The position numbers were made by a program, and so were the translations under genes. Below, piece by piece: positions 8,588 to 19,200 of a stretch of 64,000 nt of DNA; position 1 is the stretch's first letter, and each line of letters begins with the position of its first letter. The stretch comes from Gemmatimonadota bacterium. Lineage in GTDB: Bacteria > Gemmatimonadota > Gemmatimonadetes > Palauibacterales > Palauibacteraceae. The notes beneath the pieces are model-generated. The model searched no databases. It was not told the origin of the DNA and saw nothing but the letters and a program-made list of their open reading frames with translations. Where the stretch lies: positions 37,839 through 101,838 of the forward strand of contig JAGWBR010000011.1 of NCBI GenBank assembly GCA_021295785.1, given 5' to 3'.

Positions 8588-9750
8588 ACTACTTTCGGCT
8601 GGATGATCTGCTGGACGATGAAGAAGTCGCTGTTCGGGACCTGGTGCGCGAGTGGGTGGAAGACCAGGTCATGCCGGTCATCGCCAAGCACTACGTCAAC
8701 AAGACCTTCCCCAGGGATCTGATTCCCCAGATGGGAGAGATGGGGTTTCTGGGGGCCACACTTCCCGAGGAGTACGGCTGCGCCGGACTGAACTCGGTGG
8801 CTTACGGCCTGATCATGCAAGAGCTGGAGCGGGCCGATTCGGGGCTGCGCTCGTTCGCATCGGTTCAGGGGGCACTGGTCATGTACCCCGTTTGGGCGTT
8901 CGGGTCGGAAGAACAACGGCGGAACTGGCTGCCCCGGCTGGCCTCCGGCGAGGCGATTGGCTGCTTCGGGCTCACCGAGCCCGACTTTGGTTCCAACCCC
9001 GGCGGAATGATCACCCGCGCGGCCCGCACGGACGGCGGCTGGCTCCTCAACGGCGCGAAGATGTGGATCACCAACGGGTCGATGGCCGATGTGGCCGTGG
9101 TGTGGGCGAAGACCGGCGAGCTGGACGACGCCAGTTCGATCCGCGGGTTCCTGGTGGAAACCGGTACGCCGGGATTCTCGGCGAAAGACCAGGAAGGGAA
9201 GTTGTCGCTGCTGGCGTCCGACACCTCCGAGCTCGTTCTGAGCGATGTTGAGGTGCCCGAGGACGCGATCCTGCCCGAGAGCAAAGGACTGAAGAGCCCC
9301 CTTATGTGCCTGACGCAGGCCCGCTACGGGATTGCGTGGGGGGCGATCGGCGCGGCCATGGCCTGTTACTGCGAAGCTCTGGACTATGCCGGGAACAGGG
9401 TGCAGTTCGGCGACCGGCCCATCGCCGGAAAACAGATCCAGCAGGTTCGGTTGGCCGAAATGCTCACCGAGATCACCAAGGCCCAGCTGTTGGCGCTGCG
9501 CCTGGGACGCATGAAGGACGCGGGGACGATGCGGCCGCAGCATGTGTCGATGGCCAAACGCAACAACGTCCATATCGCGTGCGAGTGCGCCCGGGAGGCC
9601 CGCCGGCTGCTGGGGGCCAACGGGATTCTGGCCGAGTACGGTGCGATGCGGCACATGGCCAACCTCGAATCCGTTTACACCTACGAAGGTACGCACGACA
9701 TCCATGCCCTTGTGCTGGGCCAGGATGTCACGGGGTTGCCGGCCTACTGA
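8569..9750 (+). CDS. gcdH: Acyl-CoA dehydrogenase, glutaryl-CoA dehydrogenase type
   Basis: GCFGLTEPDFGSNP, KMWITNGS, RVQFG, NLESVYTYEGTHDIH motifs. Confidence 0.85.
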   Translation: MAFEGVDYFRLDDLLDDEEVAVRDLVREWVEDQVMPVIAKHYVNKTFPRDLIPQMGEMGFLGATLPEEYGCAGLNSVAYGLIMQELERADSGLRSFASVQGALVMYPVWAFGSEEQRRNWLPRLASGEAIGCFGLTEPDFGSNPGGMITRAARTDGGWLLNGAKMWITNGSMADVAVVWAKTGELDDASSIRGFLVETGTPGFSAKDQEGKLSLLASDTSELVLSDVEVPEDAILPESKGLKSPLMCLTQARYGIAWGAIGAAMACYCEALDYAGNRVQFGDRPIAGKQIQQVRLAEMLTEITKAQLLALRLGRMKDAGTMRPQHVSMAKRNNVHIACECAREARRLLGANGILAEYGAMRHMANLESVYTYEGTHDIHALVLGQDVTGLPAY

Positions 9751-11281
9751 CTCCGCGGGGGCGCCCCACCGGGGCACTGGCTGTTCTGCGCCTCTCTCAC
9801 ATCGGCGATGTGTGCATGACCGTGCCGGCCGTGCGAAGGGCCGCGGCGGTGGGGCGCGCCCCCGAGACCACCTGGATCATCGGGTCGGTTGAGGCGGCAC
9901 TGCTGCGCCACTTGAGCGAGTTCGACCTGGTTGAAGTGGACCGGTCGGCGGGTCGGCGGGGTATCCAGGCGGCCCACGGGCGTTTGCGGGGGAGGCGGTA
10001 CGGCACACTTCTGCACATGCACCCCTCGTTTCGGGCCAATCTGGTCAGCCTCGGCGTGAGGGCGCGCCGGCGTGTCGGCGTCCCAAAGGCACGGTCGAAA
10101 GACCTGCACCGGGCCTTTGTCCACGAGCGCGTTCCGCGGGGCCAGTCCCCCGCGAGGGTTCACTTCGCTGCCGAGATGCTGCGTTTTGTACGGGCTCTGG
10201 GAGCGAATGAACCGCCCGGAGGCCCCGCGCGGGCGCACGCAGACGGCCCGGCGCTCCCGCACCGAATTCCGATTCCCGAGGAGCAGCGCGACCGGGCGCG
10301 CCAGACGCGGGTCGATCTGGACGCCCGGTCAGCCCGTTCGCCAGCGGCGGCCCCGCTGACGAACGGGCTTGGCCCCTGGAGCGCTACGCCGCTGTGGCCC
10401 GGACCGCGGCACGGAAACACGGGGCCGTGGTTGCCATCACCGGCTCACCGGCCCCCTGGCAGACAAACGCCGCCCGCCGCCTGTCAGAAATGAGCGGCGC
10501 CTCCAACCTGTGCGGACAAACTTCGCTGGTTCAGCTCCTGGGCCTCTGCGCGGAGGCCGATGCCGTGGTCGCCCCCGACTCCGGAACCGCCCACGTGTGT
10601 GCGGCGGCGGGCGGCCGCGTGGTTGGCCTGTACGCGGCGACGAGCCCGGGGCATACGGGGCCTCTGGGGGAGGGACACGTGATCGTGGATCGTCACGCCG
10701 ACGCCCTGAACATGACCGGCGGCAAAGGAACTTGGGGGCGGCGAATCCGGCAGCCCGGCGCAATGGATCTGATATCCGTTGAGGAGGTAACCAGGGCCCT
10801 GGACGCGGTTATCGCGGACACTGCGTGGAACCGGGCGGCACGGAAGGTTGCGCAGTGGCGGGCGGGCGGTGACGGAATCGTGTTAACCAACGGGTGCTTT
10901 GACCTGCTCCACCCCGGCCATCGAGCGGCGCTGAAACAGGCCGCCGCCCACGGCGACCGTCTGGTGGTGGGTCTGAACACCGACGCTTCGGTGCGGGGGC
11001 TGAAAGGGCCGGGGCGACCCGTACAGCCACTCGCCCCGCGCGCGGAGGCGCTCGAACAGCTTCCGGAGGTGGACCGGGTGGTTCCGTTCGACCAGGCGGA
11101 CCCGGCGGAGCTCATCCGCTTCCTGCGCCCCGACGTGCTCGCCAAGGGGGCCGACTACAGCCGGGGCGACCTTCCCGGGGCCTGGGACGTGGAAAGTCGC
11201 GGCGGCGAGGTAGTGTTCACGGAGATCGTGCCCGGTTACAGCACAACTGCTTTGCTGGAGGCCGGGGCCGTTAAGCGCTGA
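9747..11281 (+). pseudogene. GT9 (heptosyltransferase-like) glycosyltransferase fused to an HldE/RfaE-domain-II adenylyltransferase; frameshifted near 10300-10330
   Basis: LRLSHIGDV in one frame; WPLERY, LCGQTSL, DSGTAH and then TNGCFDLLHPGH, GLNTDASV, KGADY in a second frame. Confidence 0.8.
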
Positions 11282-11783
11282 TCCGGCTGCGTGCCCTCCC
11301 GGCACCGCCGGACTGGCCGGGCCTCGTCTGGTTGGTGGAGGGGGGCTCTTCCCGCCGGAGTGACATCAGGTGCGCCGAGACCGCCACGGCCACGAGCAGC
11401 AGAAGCGCCAGGATCCACAACTGCCGGGCGAACAGGACGGCAGACAACCCGATCGAGACCCACAACACCATGAGCGCTCCGCGGCGCACCCGGTACGAGA
11501 TCACGCCCCGTTCACGGTAGGCACTGAGGTACCGGCCGAACAACCGGTTACGGTACAGCCAGGCCTCGGCCCGTGGCGAACTCCGGGCGAAACACCATCC
11601 GGCCAGGAGCAGGAAACAGGTCGTCGGCCAGAGCGGAACCACAATACCAATGATTCCCGCCGCCACGCTGGCCCCGCCCACGATCCGAAACAACAGCCGG
11701 CGCGCCGGCCCCGGAATGGACGAAGCAGCCCGTTCGGCGCCTTCGTGGTTGATCGGGCAACTGCCCGGGTTTTTCTGGTTCAT
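11271..11783 (-). CDS. YbaN/DUF454 inner membrane protein
   Basis: GIIGIVVPLWPTTCFLLLAGWCFARSSPR...FGRYL. Confidence 0.88.
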   Translation of the reverse strand: MNQKNPGSCPINHEGAERAASSIPGPARRLLFRIVGGASVAAGIIGIVVPLWPTTCFLLLAGWCFARSSPRAEAWLYRNRLFGRYLSAYRERGVISYRVRRGALMVLWVSIGLSAVLFARQLWILALLLLVAVAVSAHLMSLRREEPPSTNQTRPGQSGGAGRARSRISA

Positions 11784-11983
11784 CGATTCCGTCGCGGGGG
11801 CTCCCTCGGTATTCGCGCCGAGGCGGTAACTACTTGCTCCACCCGCGTAACGCTACCCGGAAACGGCAACTTGGCGCAATGCAACATGCGCCCGGGATCC
11901 GGCTACCGCAGTTTGAAAGCCGATTCCCGGACGAGGTCCACGGTTCCGCGGAGGCCTCGAACACCGAATACGAGAGAGGGAAC

Positions 11984-12562
11984 GTGAATAATCAATTACC
12001 TGTGGGTTCAGGCCCCGGCCAGGCAGTGTACCGAACTGCTTTTCTTGCGGCGGCCGTGCTGGGCGCCGTCGTCAGCCCCGGCGTTGCCAGAGCGCAGGTC
12101 GAGGCGGATCCGGCCGATGTCGAGTCCATAGACGGCATTGTCGCGGCACTGTACGACGTCATCTCCGGCGAAGCGGGAGAAGCCAGAGACTGGGGGAGGT
12201 TCGAGTCCCTGTTCGTTTCCGATGGCCGGCTGATGCCCACGTGGTCTCAGGAATCGCGCGCGCAACGGCTTTCGTGGGGGCCGGCCGAATACGGCGAAGC
12301 GGTGACCGAATCGCTCGAACGAAGCGGTTTTTTCGAGACCGAACTCCACAGAGAGGTGCAGCAGTTCGGCCAGGTGGCGCATGTCTTTTCCACCTACGAA
12401 TCGCGGAACAGCCCGGAGGACGAAACTCCGTTTGCCCGCGGCATCAACTCCATCCAGCTGTTCCATGACGGCACCAGGTGGTGGATCGTGACCGTTTTCT
12501 GGGCGAGCGAGCGGCCAGATTTGCCCGTCCCGGCCGAGTACCTGCCCGGGGACGGCGGCTGA
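11984..12562 (+). CDS. Exported NTF2/SnoaL-like fold protein
   Basis: SD GAGAGGG before GTG, signal peptide ARA-Q, SIDGIVAALYDVISG, RGINSIQL..DG.RWWI. Confidence 0.75.
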   Translation: MNNQLPVGSGPGQAVYRTAFLAAAVLGAVVSPGVARAQVEADPADVESIDGIVAALYDVISGEAGEARDWGRFESLFVSDGRLMPTWSQESRAQRLSWGPAEYGEAVTESLERSGFFETELHREVQQFGQVAHVFSTYESRNSPEDETPFARGINSIQLFHDGTRWWIVTVFWASERPDLPVPAEYLPGDGG

Positions 12563-15500
12563 CCCAGCCGGCGCCCCCGGCTTTGCGGGTCGTGGCGGTG
12601 GTCGCTGCCGCGGCGGCCGCCGCATGCGGGTCCGAGCCTTCCCGACCCGGGCCCTGGGTTCAGGAAGACGGCTACCGGTGGAGGTCGTTGCCACGTCCGC
12701 GGGGCGGGGGGGAAGACGCGGGGTTTTCTTCGGTTGCGCCGTTCGATTTCGTCAACACGCTTTCTGAATCGGCACTGTTGGAGAACGAGCTCCTGGCCAA
12801 CGGTTCGGGGGTTGCGATTGGTGACGCCGATGGTGACGGACTCCCCGACATCTACCTGTGCCGTCTGACGGGTCCGAACATCCTCTACCGGAACCTGGGC
12901 GGCTGGCGCTTCGAGGCGGCCGAATCGGGAGCGGCCATGGAGGGTCGGATGTCGCGGGGGGCCGTGTTCGCCGACCTCGACGGCGACTCCGATTTGGACC
13001 TCTTGGTGACTACACACGGCGACGGCGATTACTTGTTTCTCAACGACGGCCGCGGCACGTTCACCGAGACGGCCATGCTCGGCCCGCCGGGTGCCAGCAC
13101 GACGCCCACGCTGGCCGACACCGACGGTGACGGAGACCTGGACCTGTTTGTGACGCGGTACAAGGAGCGGTGGGTTCGCGATCTGTTCGCGCCCGCCGAG
13201 CGGACAATGGACCGGACGGTTGAGACGACGGACGCCGGGCCGGTGGTTCGACCTGAATTCCGGGAACACTTTCGCATGATCCGCGAACACGGCGAGTGGA
13301 TGCGGTACGAGTTCGGCGAGAGCGATGTCTTCTACGTGAACGAGTCGGGTGGCGTGCCAGGCGAGGCGGTGATCTTCCGCCCGGTCACGCCCGAAGACGG
13401 TTTGTTCCGCGACGAGGCCGGGGTGCCGGTGACGGACATGCCCGACGACTGGGGGCTTGCCGCGCGCTTCCGCGATTTCGATTTGGACGGCGACCCTGAC
13501 TTGTGGGTGGCCAACGACATCAACAGCCCGGACCGAATCTGGTTGAACCACGACGGCGTTTTTCATGCGGCGCCGCCCGAAGTGATTCGCACCATTAGCG
13601 CCTCGGCCATGTCGGTCGATTTTTCGGACCTCAATCAAGACGGGTACCCAGAGGTTTTTGTGGCGGAGATGCTGGGGATGGACTCCCGCACGCGGAAGAC
13701 GCAGGTCCCCGAGCGGCAGCCGGAGCTCCAGGCGCCCGGCGACATCGACAGCCGACCCCAGGTTGACCGCAACACCCTGCAGCTTAACAGAGGCGACGGC
13801 ACGTTCGCGGAGATTGGCCAGTATTCCGGGCTTGAGGCGTCCGGGTGGACTTGGGGAGTGATGTTCATGGACGTGGACCTTGACGGTCTCGACGACCTGT
13901 TGGCCGCGAACGGGAACATCCTCGACATTCTGGACGGCGACACGAGCGAGAGGATAGCCGCGGCGCCGGCCGGCGCGGAGTGGCGACGCGCCCGGCTTCA
14001 GTTCGGCGCGCTGCAAACGCCGAACGCCGCGTTCCGCAATCTGGGTGGGCTCAAGTTCGCGCCGGCCGGCAATGAATGGCGATTCGCCGGGGAAGCGGAC
14101 ATTTCGCACGGCATCGCCGCGGGGGACCTCGACGGCGACGGTGATCTGGACGTCGTCGTGACTCGCCTGAACCGTCCAGCTCTGGTACTGGAGAACTTGG
14201 CCACCGAGCCGCGGTTGGCCGTGCGCCTGGTGGGCGCCCCGCCCAACACCAGCGCGGTCGGGGCCAGGGTGACCCTGCGCGGGGGCCCGGCGGCCCTTCA
14301 GACCAGGGAGGTGTCGGCAGGAGGGCTCTACCTGTCGCATTCCGACCACCAGATGACCTTCGCCGCTGCCGGCGAGGAACTGGCTCTGGAGGTTGACTGG
14401 CCGGGAGGTACGCGCACCGAAATCGCCGGTGTGCTGCCGGGCCGTCTCTACGAGATAAACCGGTCCTCCTCGCGGCTGGTGTCCGGAACGGAGGCCGCCT
14501 GGAACGGGGCGCGGTCAGGCCAACAGCCCGCTGCCGGAACCCTGTTCGACGAGGTGGTGTCCGGGGCCGTTCACACGGACCTGGTCTTCAACGATTTCAC
14601 TCGGCAGCCCATGTTGCCGGTCAGACTGTCGCAGCTGGGGCCGGGCGTCAGTTGGCTGGACGTGGACTCGGACGGAGATCCCGACCTGGTGCAGCCGACC
14701 GGGGCCGGCGGGCGTCTGACCTGGCTGCGCAACGACGGGGGATCGTTCACGCTCGCCGACATGGGGCCGGCGGCCGCGGCCACGCTTGACCAGACTGCCG
14801 CGGTGGCGCTGCCCAGACCCGCTGGACCTCCGGCGATCCTTATTGGACAGTCGAACCAACAGGCCCCCGATCCCGAGTCGGCCCGGTCGGCCGCCTCTGT
14901 GCTGAGCTTCTCCACGGGGGCGCGGGCGGCAGAGGCCGCCGCCGGAAATGCAAGTACGACGGGGCCGCTCGCCCTTGCCGACGTTGACATGGACGGCGAC
15001 CTGGACCTGTTCGTGGGGGGTCGGTCAATTCCCGCGGCCTACCCGGTTCCGGCGTCGTCCAGGGTGTTCTTGAACGACGACGGGGAATTGTCGCCGGACG
15101 AGTCCAACAACGCCGCGCTCCAATCGACGGGCATGGTGTCGGGGGCCGTGTTCACCGATTTCGATGGTGACGGGGATCCCGACCTGGTCCTGGCCGTGGA
15201 CTGGGGGCCGGTGTCGGTGTTCGAGAACCGACGGGGCCGGCTTGTCGATGCGACCGCCGCGCTGGGCCTTGCCGGGCACACTGGCCGGTGGAACGGTGTG
15301 GCCAGCGGCGATTTCAACGAGGACGGCCGCCCGGACTTGATCGCCACCAACTGGGGGGAAAACACCGCCGCCGGCCCCGGTCGGAACGCCCCGCTGCAGC
15401 TGGTGTACGGAGACTTTGACCGAAACGGCTTCCTGGACCTGTTGGAGGCCAGACACGACGATCGACTCGGGGCCGTGGCCCCCGTGCGCCCGCTCGCACA

Positions 15501-16290
15501 ACTGGTCGGCGGATTGCCCTACCTCCGCGGGATAACACCCACCCACGGCCGGTTTGCGGACGCCACGATGGAACAGTTGCTCCGGGGGTTCGGGGCCGAC
15601 GCGCGGGTCAAGGAAGCCGCGACACTTTCGCACCACGTGTTCATCAACACTCCCGACGGATTCGAGCCACGCCCGCTCCCGCGGGTGACGCAGTTTGCGC
15701 CGGCCACGGCGGCGGTGGTCGCCGACGCCGACGGTGACGGACACGAAGACGTTTTCATTGGTCAAAACTTCTTCGCGCTTGATTTGGACACGCCCCGCCA
15801 GGACGCCGGGAGGGGCGTGTGGTTGCGGGGCGACGGAGCCGGGGGTTTTGAACCGATGGCGGCACACCGGTCCGGCGTGGCGGTTTACGGCGAAGCTCGC
15901 GGCGCGGCCAGTGCCGATTTTGATGGCGATGGACGGATTGACCTGGCCGTGGCGCAAAACGGTGCCGCGCTGAAGCTTTACCGCAACGTGGGGGCCGCCC
16001 CGGGATTGCTCGTGACTCTTCGGGGAGGGCCGCTCAACCCCGGTGCCACGGGAGCCAAGTTGCGCGTGCGATATGCTGACGGCACACTGGGTCCCCTCCG
16101 CGAGGTTCAGGGGGGAAGCGGATACTGGTCTCACAACGGCGCTGAACAGGTGCTGGGCCTGGCCGGGCAGCCGACGGGGCTCACGGTCTGGTGGCCGGGC
16201 GGGCAGGTGCGCACCTACGAGGTTTCGGGGCCGGGCCGGGTAGAGTTGACACCCGATGGCGGAAGGGAGTCCGCCGCCGATCCGCGATAG
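12559..16290 (+). CDS. FG-GAP/VCBS repeat + ASPIC/UnbV (CRTAC1-like) lipoprotein, copy 1
   Basis: Many D-x-D-G-D-G-D-L-D-L repeats in two blocks, each followed by an ASPIC/UnbV-like segment (GARV..GG.Y.S..V.WPGG); lipobox AAAC. Start 12559 (CTG) or 12583 (TTG). Confidence 0.88.
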   Translation: MTQPAPPALRVVAVVAAAAAAACGSEPSRPGPWVQEDGYRWRSLPRPRGGGEDAGFSSVAPFDFVNTLSESALLENELLANGSGVAIGDADGDGLPDIYLCRLTGPNILYRNLGGWRFEAAESGAAMEGRMSRGAVFADLDGDSDLDLLVTTHGDGDYLFLNDGRGTFTETAMLGPPGASTTPTLADTDGDGDLDLFVTRYKERWVRDLFAPAERTMDRTVETTDAGPVVRPEFREHFRMIREHGEWMRYEFGESDVFYVNESGGVPGEAVIFRPVTPEDGLFRDEAGVPVTDMPDDWGLAARFRDFDLDGDPDLWVANDINSPDRIWLNHDGVFHAAPPEVIRTISASAMSVDFSDLNQDGYPEVFVAEMLGMDSRTRKTQVPERQPELQAPGDIDSRPQVDRNTLQLNRGDGTFAEIGQYSGLEASGWTWGVMFMDVDLDGLDDLLAANGNILDILDGDTSERIAAAPAGAEWRRARLQFGALQTPNAAFRNLGGLKFAPAGNEWRFAGEADISHGIAAGDLDGDGDLDVVVTRLNRPALVLENLATEPRLAVRLVGAPPNTSAVGARVTLRGGPAALQTREVSAGGLYLSHSDHQMTFAAAGEELALEVDWPGGTRTEIAGVLPGRLYEINRSSSRLVSGTEAAWNGARSGQQPAAGTLFDEVVSGAVHTDLVFNDFTRQPMLPVRLSQLGPGVSWLDVDSDGDPDLVQPTGAGGRLTWLRNDGGSFTLADMGPAAAATLDQTAAVALPRPAGPPAILIGQSNQQAPDPESARSAASVLSFSTGARAAEAAAGNASTTGPLALADVDMDGDLDLFVGGRSIPAAYPVPASSRVFLNDDGELSPDESNNAALQSTGMVSGAVFTDFDGDGDPDLVLAVDWGPVSVFENRRGRLVDATAALGLAGHTGRWNGVASGDFNEDGRPDLIATNWGENTAAGPGRNAPLQLVYGDFDRNGFLDLLEARHDDRLGAVAPVRPLAQLVGGLPYLRGITPTHGRFADATMEQLLRGFGADARVKEAATLSHHVFINTPDGFEPRPLPRVTQFAPATAAVVADADGDGHEDVFIGQNFFALDLDTPRQDAGRGVWLRGDGAGGFEPMAAHRSGVAVYGEARGAASADFDGDGRIDLAVAQNGAALKLYRNVGAAPGLLVTLRGGPLNPGATGAKLRVRYADGTLGPLREVQGGSGYWSHNGAEQVLGLAGQPTGLTVWWPGGQVRTYEVSGPGRVELTPDGGRESAADPR

Positions 16291-19200
16291 TACCCGCCCC
16301 GTCGCCCGGCTCCTCGTGGCCACCGCACTGACCGGCGCCGCTGCCTGCGGTGACGCACGCCCCGGCGAGTGGATGGAAGAGGACGGGCACCGCTGGCGGG
16401 AGCTGTCGCGGGCGTCCGGGGCCGCCGGCGGGGGATACAGCAGGCTCGACGCCGCGGCGCGGGGCATCGATTTCGTCTACGCCGTTTCCGTGGAGGACCG
16501 GACAAGCAATCGCATCCTCGCGGAAGGGCAGGGGGCGGCGGTCGGAGACGTAAACGGGGACGGGCTGGCGGACATCGTGCTGGCCGGCTTCCAACAGCCC
16601 GTTCGGCTCTACATCAACCAGGGCGATTGGCGTTTCTCGAAAGCTCCAGGCGGTACGCTGCCGGAGGTGGCCATGGCCCGGGGGGTCACTCTGGCCGACG
16701 CCAACGGTGACGGGCACCTGGACATGTTCCTGGCCGTACACGGAGCCCCGAACCGTCTGCTCTCGGGCGACGGGACCGGATCGTTTACCGACGGTGGCCC
16801 GCTTGGCTCCCACTCCCGGGGTTCGGTCACATTCGCAGTCGCGGACATTGACTCCGATGGCGACCTGGACGCCTACGCCTCCAACTACAAGACCGCCAGG
16901 GTGGACGACCAGTTTCCGCCCGAGATGCTGGACATCGGCCTGGTGACCCGCGACGGAGACACGGTGTCGGTGCCGGAACGCCTGCAAGAGGTCTACGACC
17001 AGCACTACAGGATCGAGTTTGACGGGCGGTTTGTGCGGCGGTTTGAGCTGGGAGAGGCCGACGAGCTTTACATCAACCAGGGCGGCGGGATGTTCCGGGC
17101 TGTCGACCCGCTGGAGGTGTTGGAAGGGGAGCCACTGTCCGGGGACCCGGCGTGGGGGCTGGCCGCGAAGTTCGCCGACTGGAACGGAGACGGAAACGCG
17201 GATCTGTATGTGGCCAACGACTTCGCCACGCCGGACCGGATCTGGCTGGGCCGCGGCGACGGAAGTTTCGAGGAAGCTCCTTGGCAAGCAGTGCGCACGA
17301 CCAGCCTGTCTTCGATGGCAGTGGCCGCGGCTGATCTGGACCGGGACGGCCACGTGGACCTGCTGACCACCGACATGCTGGCCCGGGAGCCCGATGAGCG
17401 GCGTACTCAGACCCACGGTTTTGAGGCCCTTCCAGACCCTCCGGGCCAGATCCGCGAGCGGGTCCAGGTGAATCGAAACACTCTGCAGCTCAACCGGGGC
17501 GACGGGACTTTTTCCGAGGCCGCTTACCAAATGGGGTTGCCGGCGTCGGGTTGGTCATGGGCTGCCCTCGCTCTTGATGCCGACTTGGATGGGTGGCAGG
17601 ACATCCTGATCGCCACCGGCCACCTCTGGAATCAACTGGACGGAGACGCCAGCGCCCGCATCTCCCAGATCCCGAATCCGCCCGCGCGGCAGGCTCTGGC
17701 GATGCTGCCGGCGCTGCGCCAGGAAAATGTGGCGTTTCTCGGCGGTCCCGGCGGGTTCCGGCCCGCTGCCCCCGAGTGGGGGTGGGGCGGGGAGGAAGAC
17801 ATCACCCACGGGTTGGCGGCAGGGGATCTGGATCAGGACGGGGACCTGGACGTGATCGCGACCCGGTTCGGCGAGCCTCCGGTGCTTTACCGAAACGAAT
17901 CCTCCTCGCCCAGGATCCTGGTAAGGCTGGCCGGCCGCCCGCCCAACACACGCGGTATCGGCGCCCGGATCACGCTGACCGGCCCCGACTCGGTGGTCCA
18001 GCTTCGCCTGATCAGCGCCGGCGGGGACTATCTTTCCTCGTCCGATCCGGTCGCGAGCCTGGCGGCCCTGGCGGAAGAGTCGCGCCTGCGCGTGATCTGG
18101 CCCGGCGGTGCGGTGACCGAGCTCGGCGGCATCCGCGCAAATCGTGAATACGAACTGCACCAGCCCCCTCCGGGTCCCACGCCTCCCGCCGGCTCCAAGG
18201 GCCATCTGGATTCGCGGTCGCCCCTGGCGGACCCGTGGTTCGAGGATGTGTCGGCGCTCCTGGGGCACGTCCATACAGACACGACGCATCACCGGCGGTC
18301 CCTTCAACCGTTGTTGCCGCTGGCGCTGGACCGGTTGGGCCCGGGCGTGACGTGGGCCGATCCGGACTCTGACGGCGATGCGGACCTGGTTGTCGGCGCA
18401 GGAGCGGGCGGCGTGGTCGTGATGATTCCCAACCGGCACGGTGAACCGGCCGGTGGCGGATTCGGGGCGGAAATCCCGCTGACGGAAGTGCTCGAAGTTG
18501 ACGCTGCGACCCTGTTGCCCCTGCCGCGAGACGGTGCCGGCGAACCCGGGTTCCCGGTTCGTTTCGGTGCCGGGTTGACCATGGGAATCGGTTCGCGGGA
18601 AACGGGAGGCGTATCCGCGGGACCGATGTCGGCGGCGGACATAGACCTGGACGGAGTACTGGACCTGTTCGTCGGGGGCCGCGAAATGCCCGGCCGCTAC
18701 CCGCGGGCGGCCGATTCGTACATCCTGCGAAGCGGTTCCCGGCCGGATCCGCGGCTCTCCGAGCCGTTCCGCTCGCTGGGGCTGGTGTCGGGTTCGCTGT
18801 TCACCGACATCGACCTGGACGGCGACCCGGACTTGGCCCTGGCTCTGGAGTGGGGTCCGCCGACAGTGTTTCTGAACGACGGCGCGGGAGGGTTCACCGA
18901 CGCAACCGAGCGCCTCGGTCTGGCGGGGCTTTCGGGGCGGTGGAACGGCATCGCCGCAGCGGATTTCAACGGCGACGGACGGCAAGACCTCGCCCTGTCG
19001 GCCTGGGGCAACAACCTTGACCTGCCCAGCACATACTCCGTGGTGCACGGCGATTTCAACCGCGACGGAGTCTGGGATGTGGTCGAGGTTGACCCGGGGG
19101 GTTACCCGCTCCGCGGGCGGGACGCGCTGGTACGGCCCTGGCCGCTGGGGGAGGCAGGACCGGGCCTGCCCGAGCTCGTCACCGTGTCGTACGCGGATTT

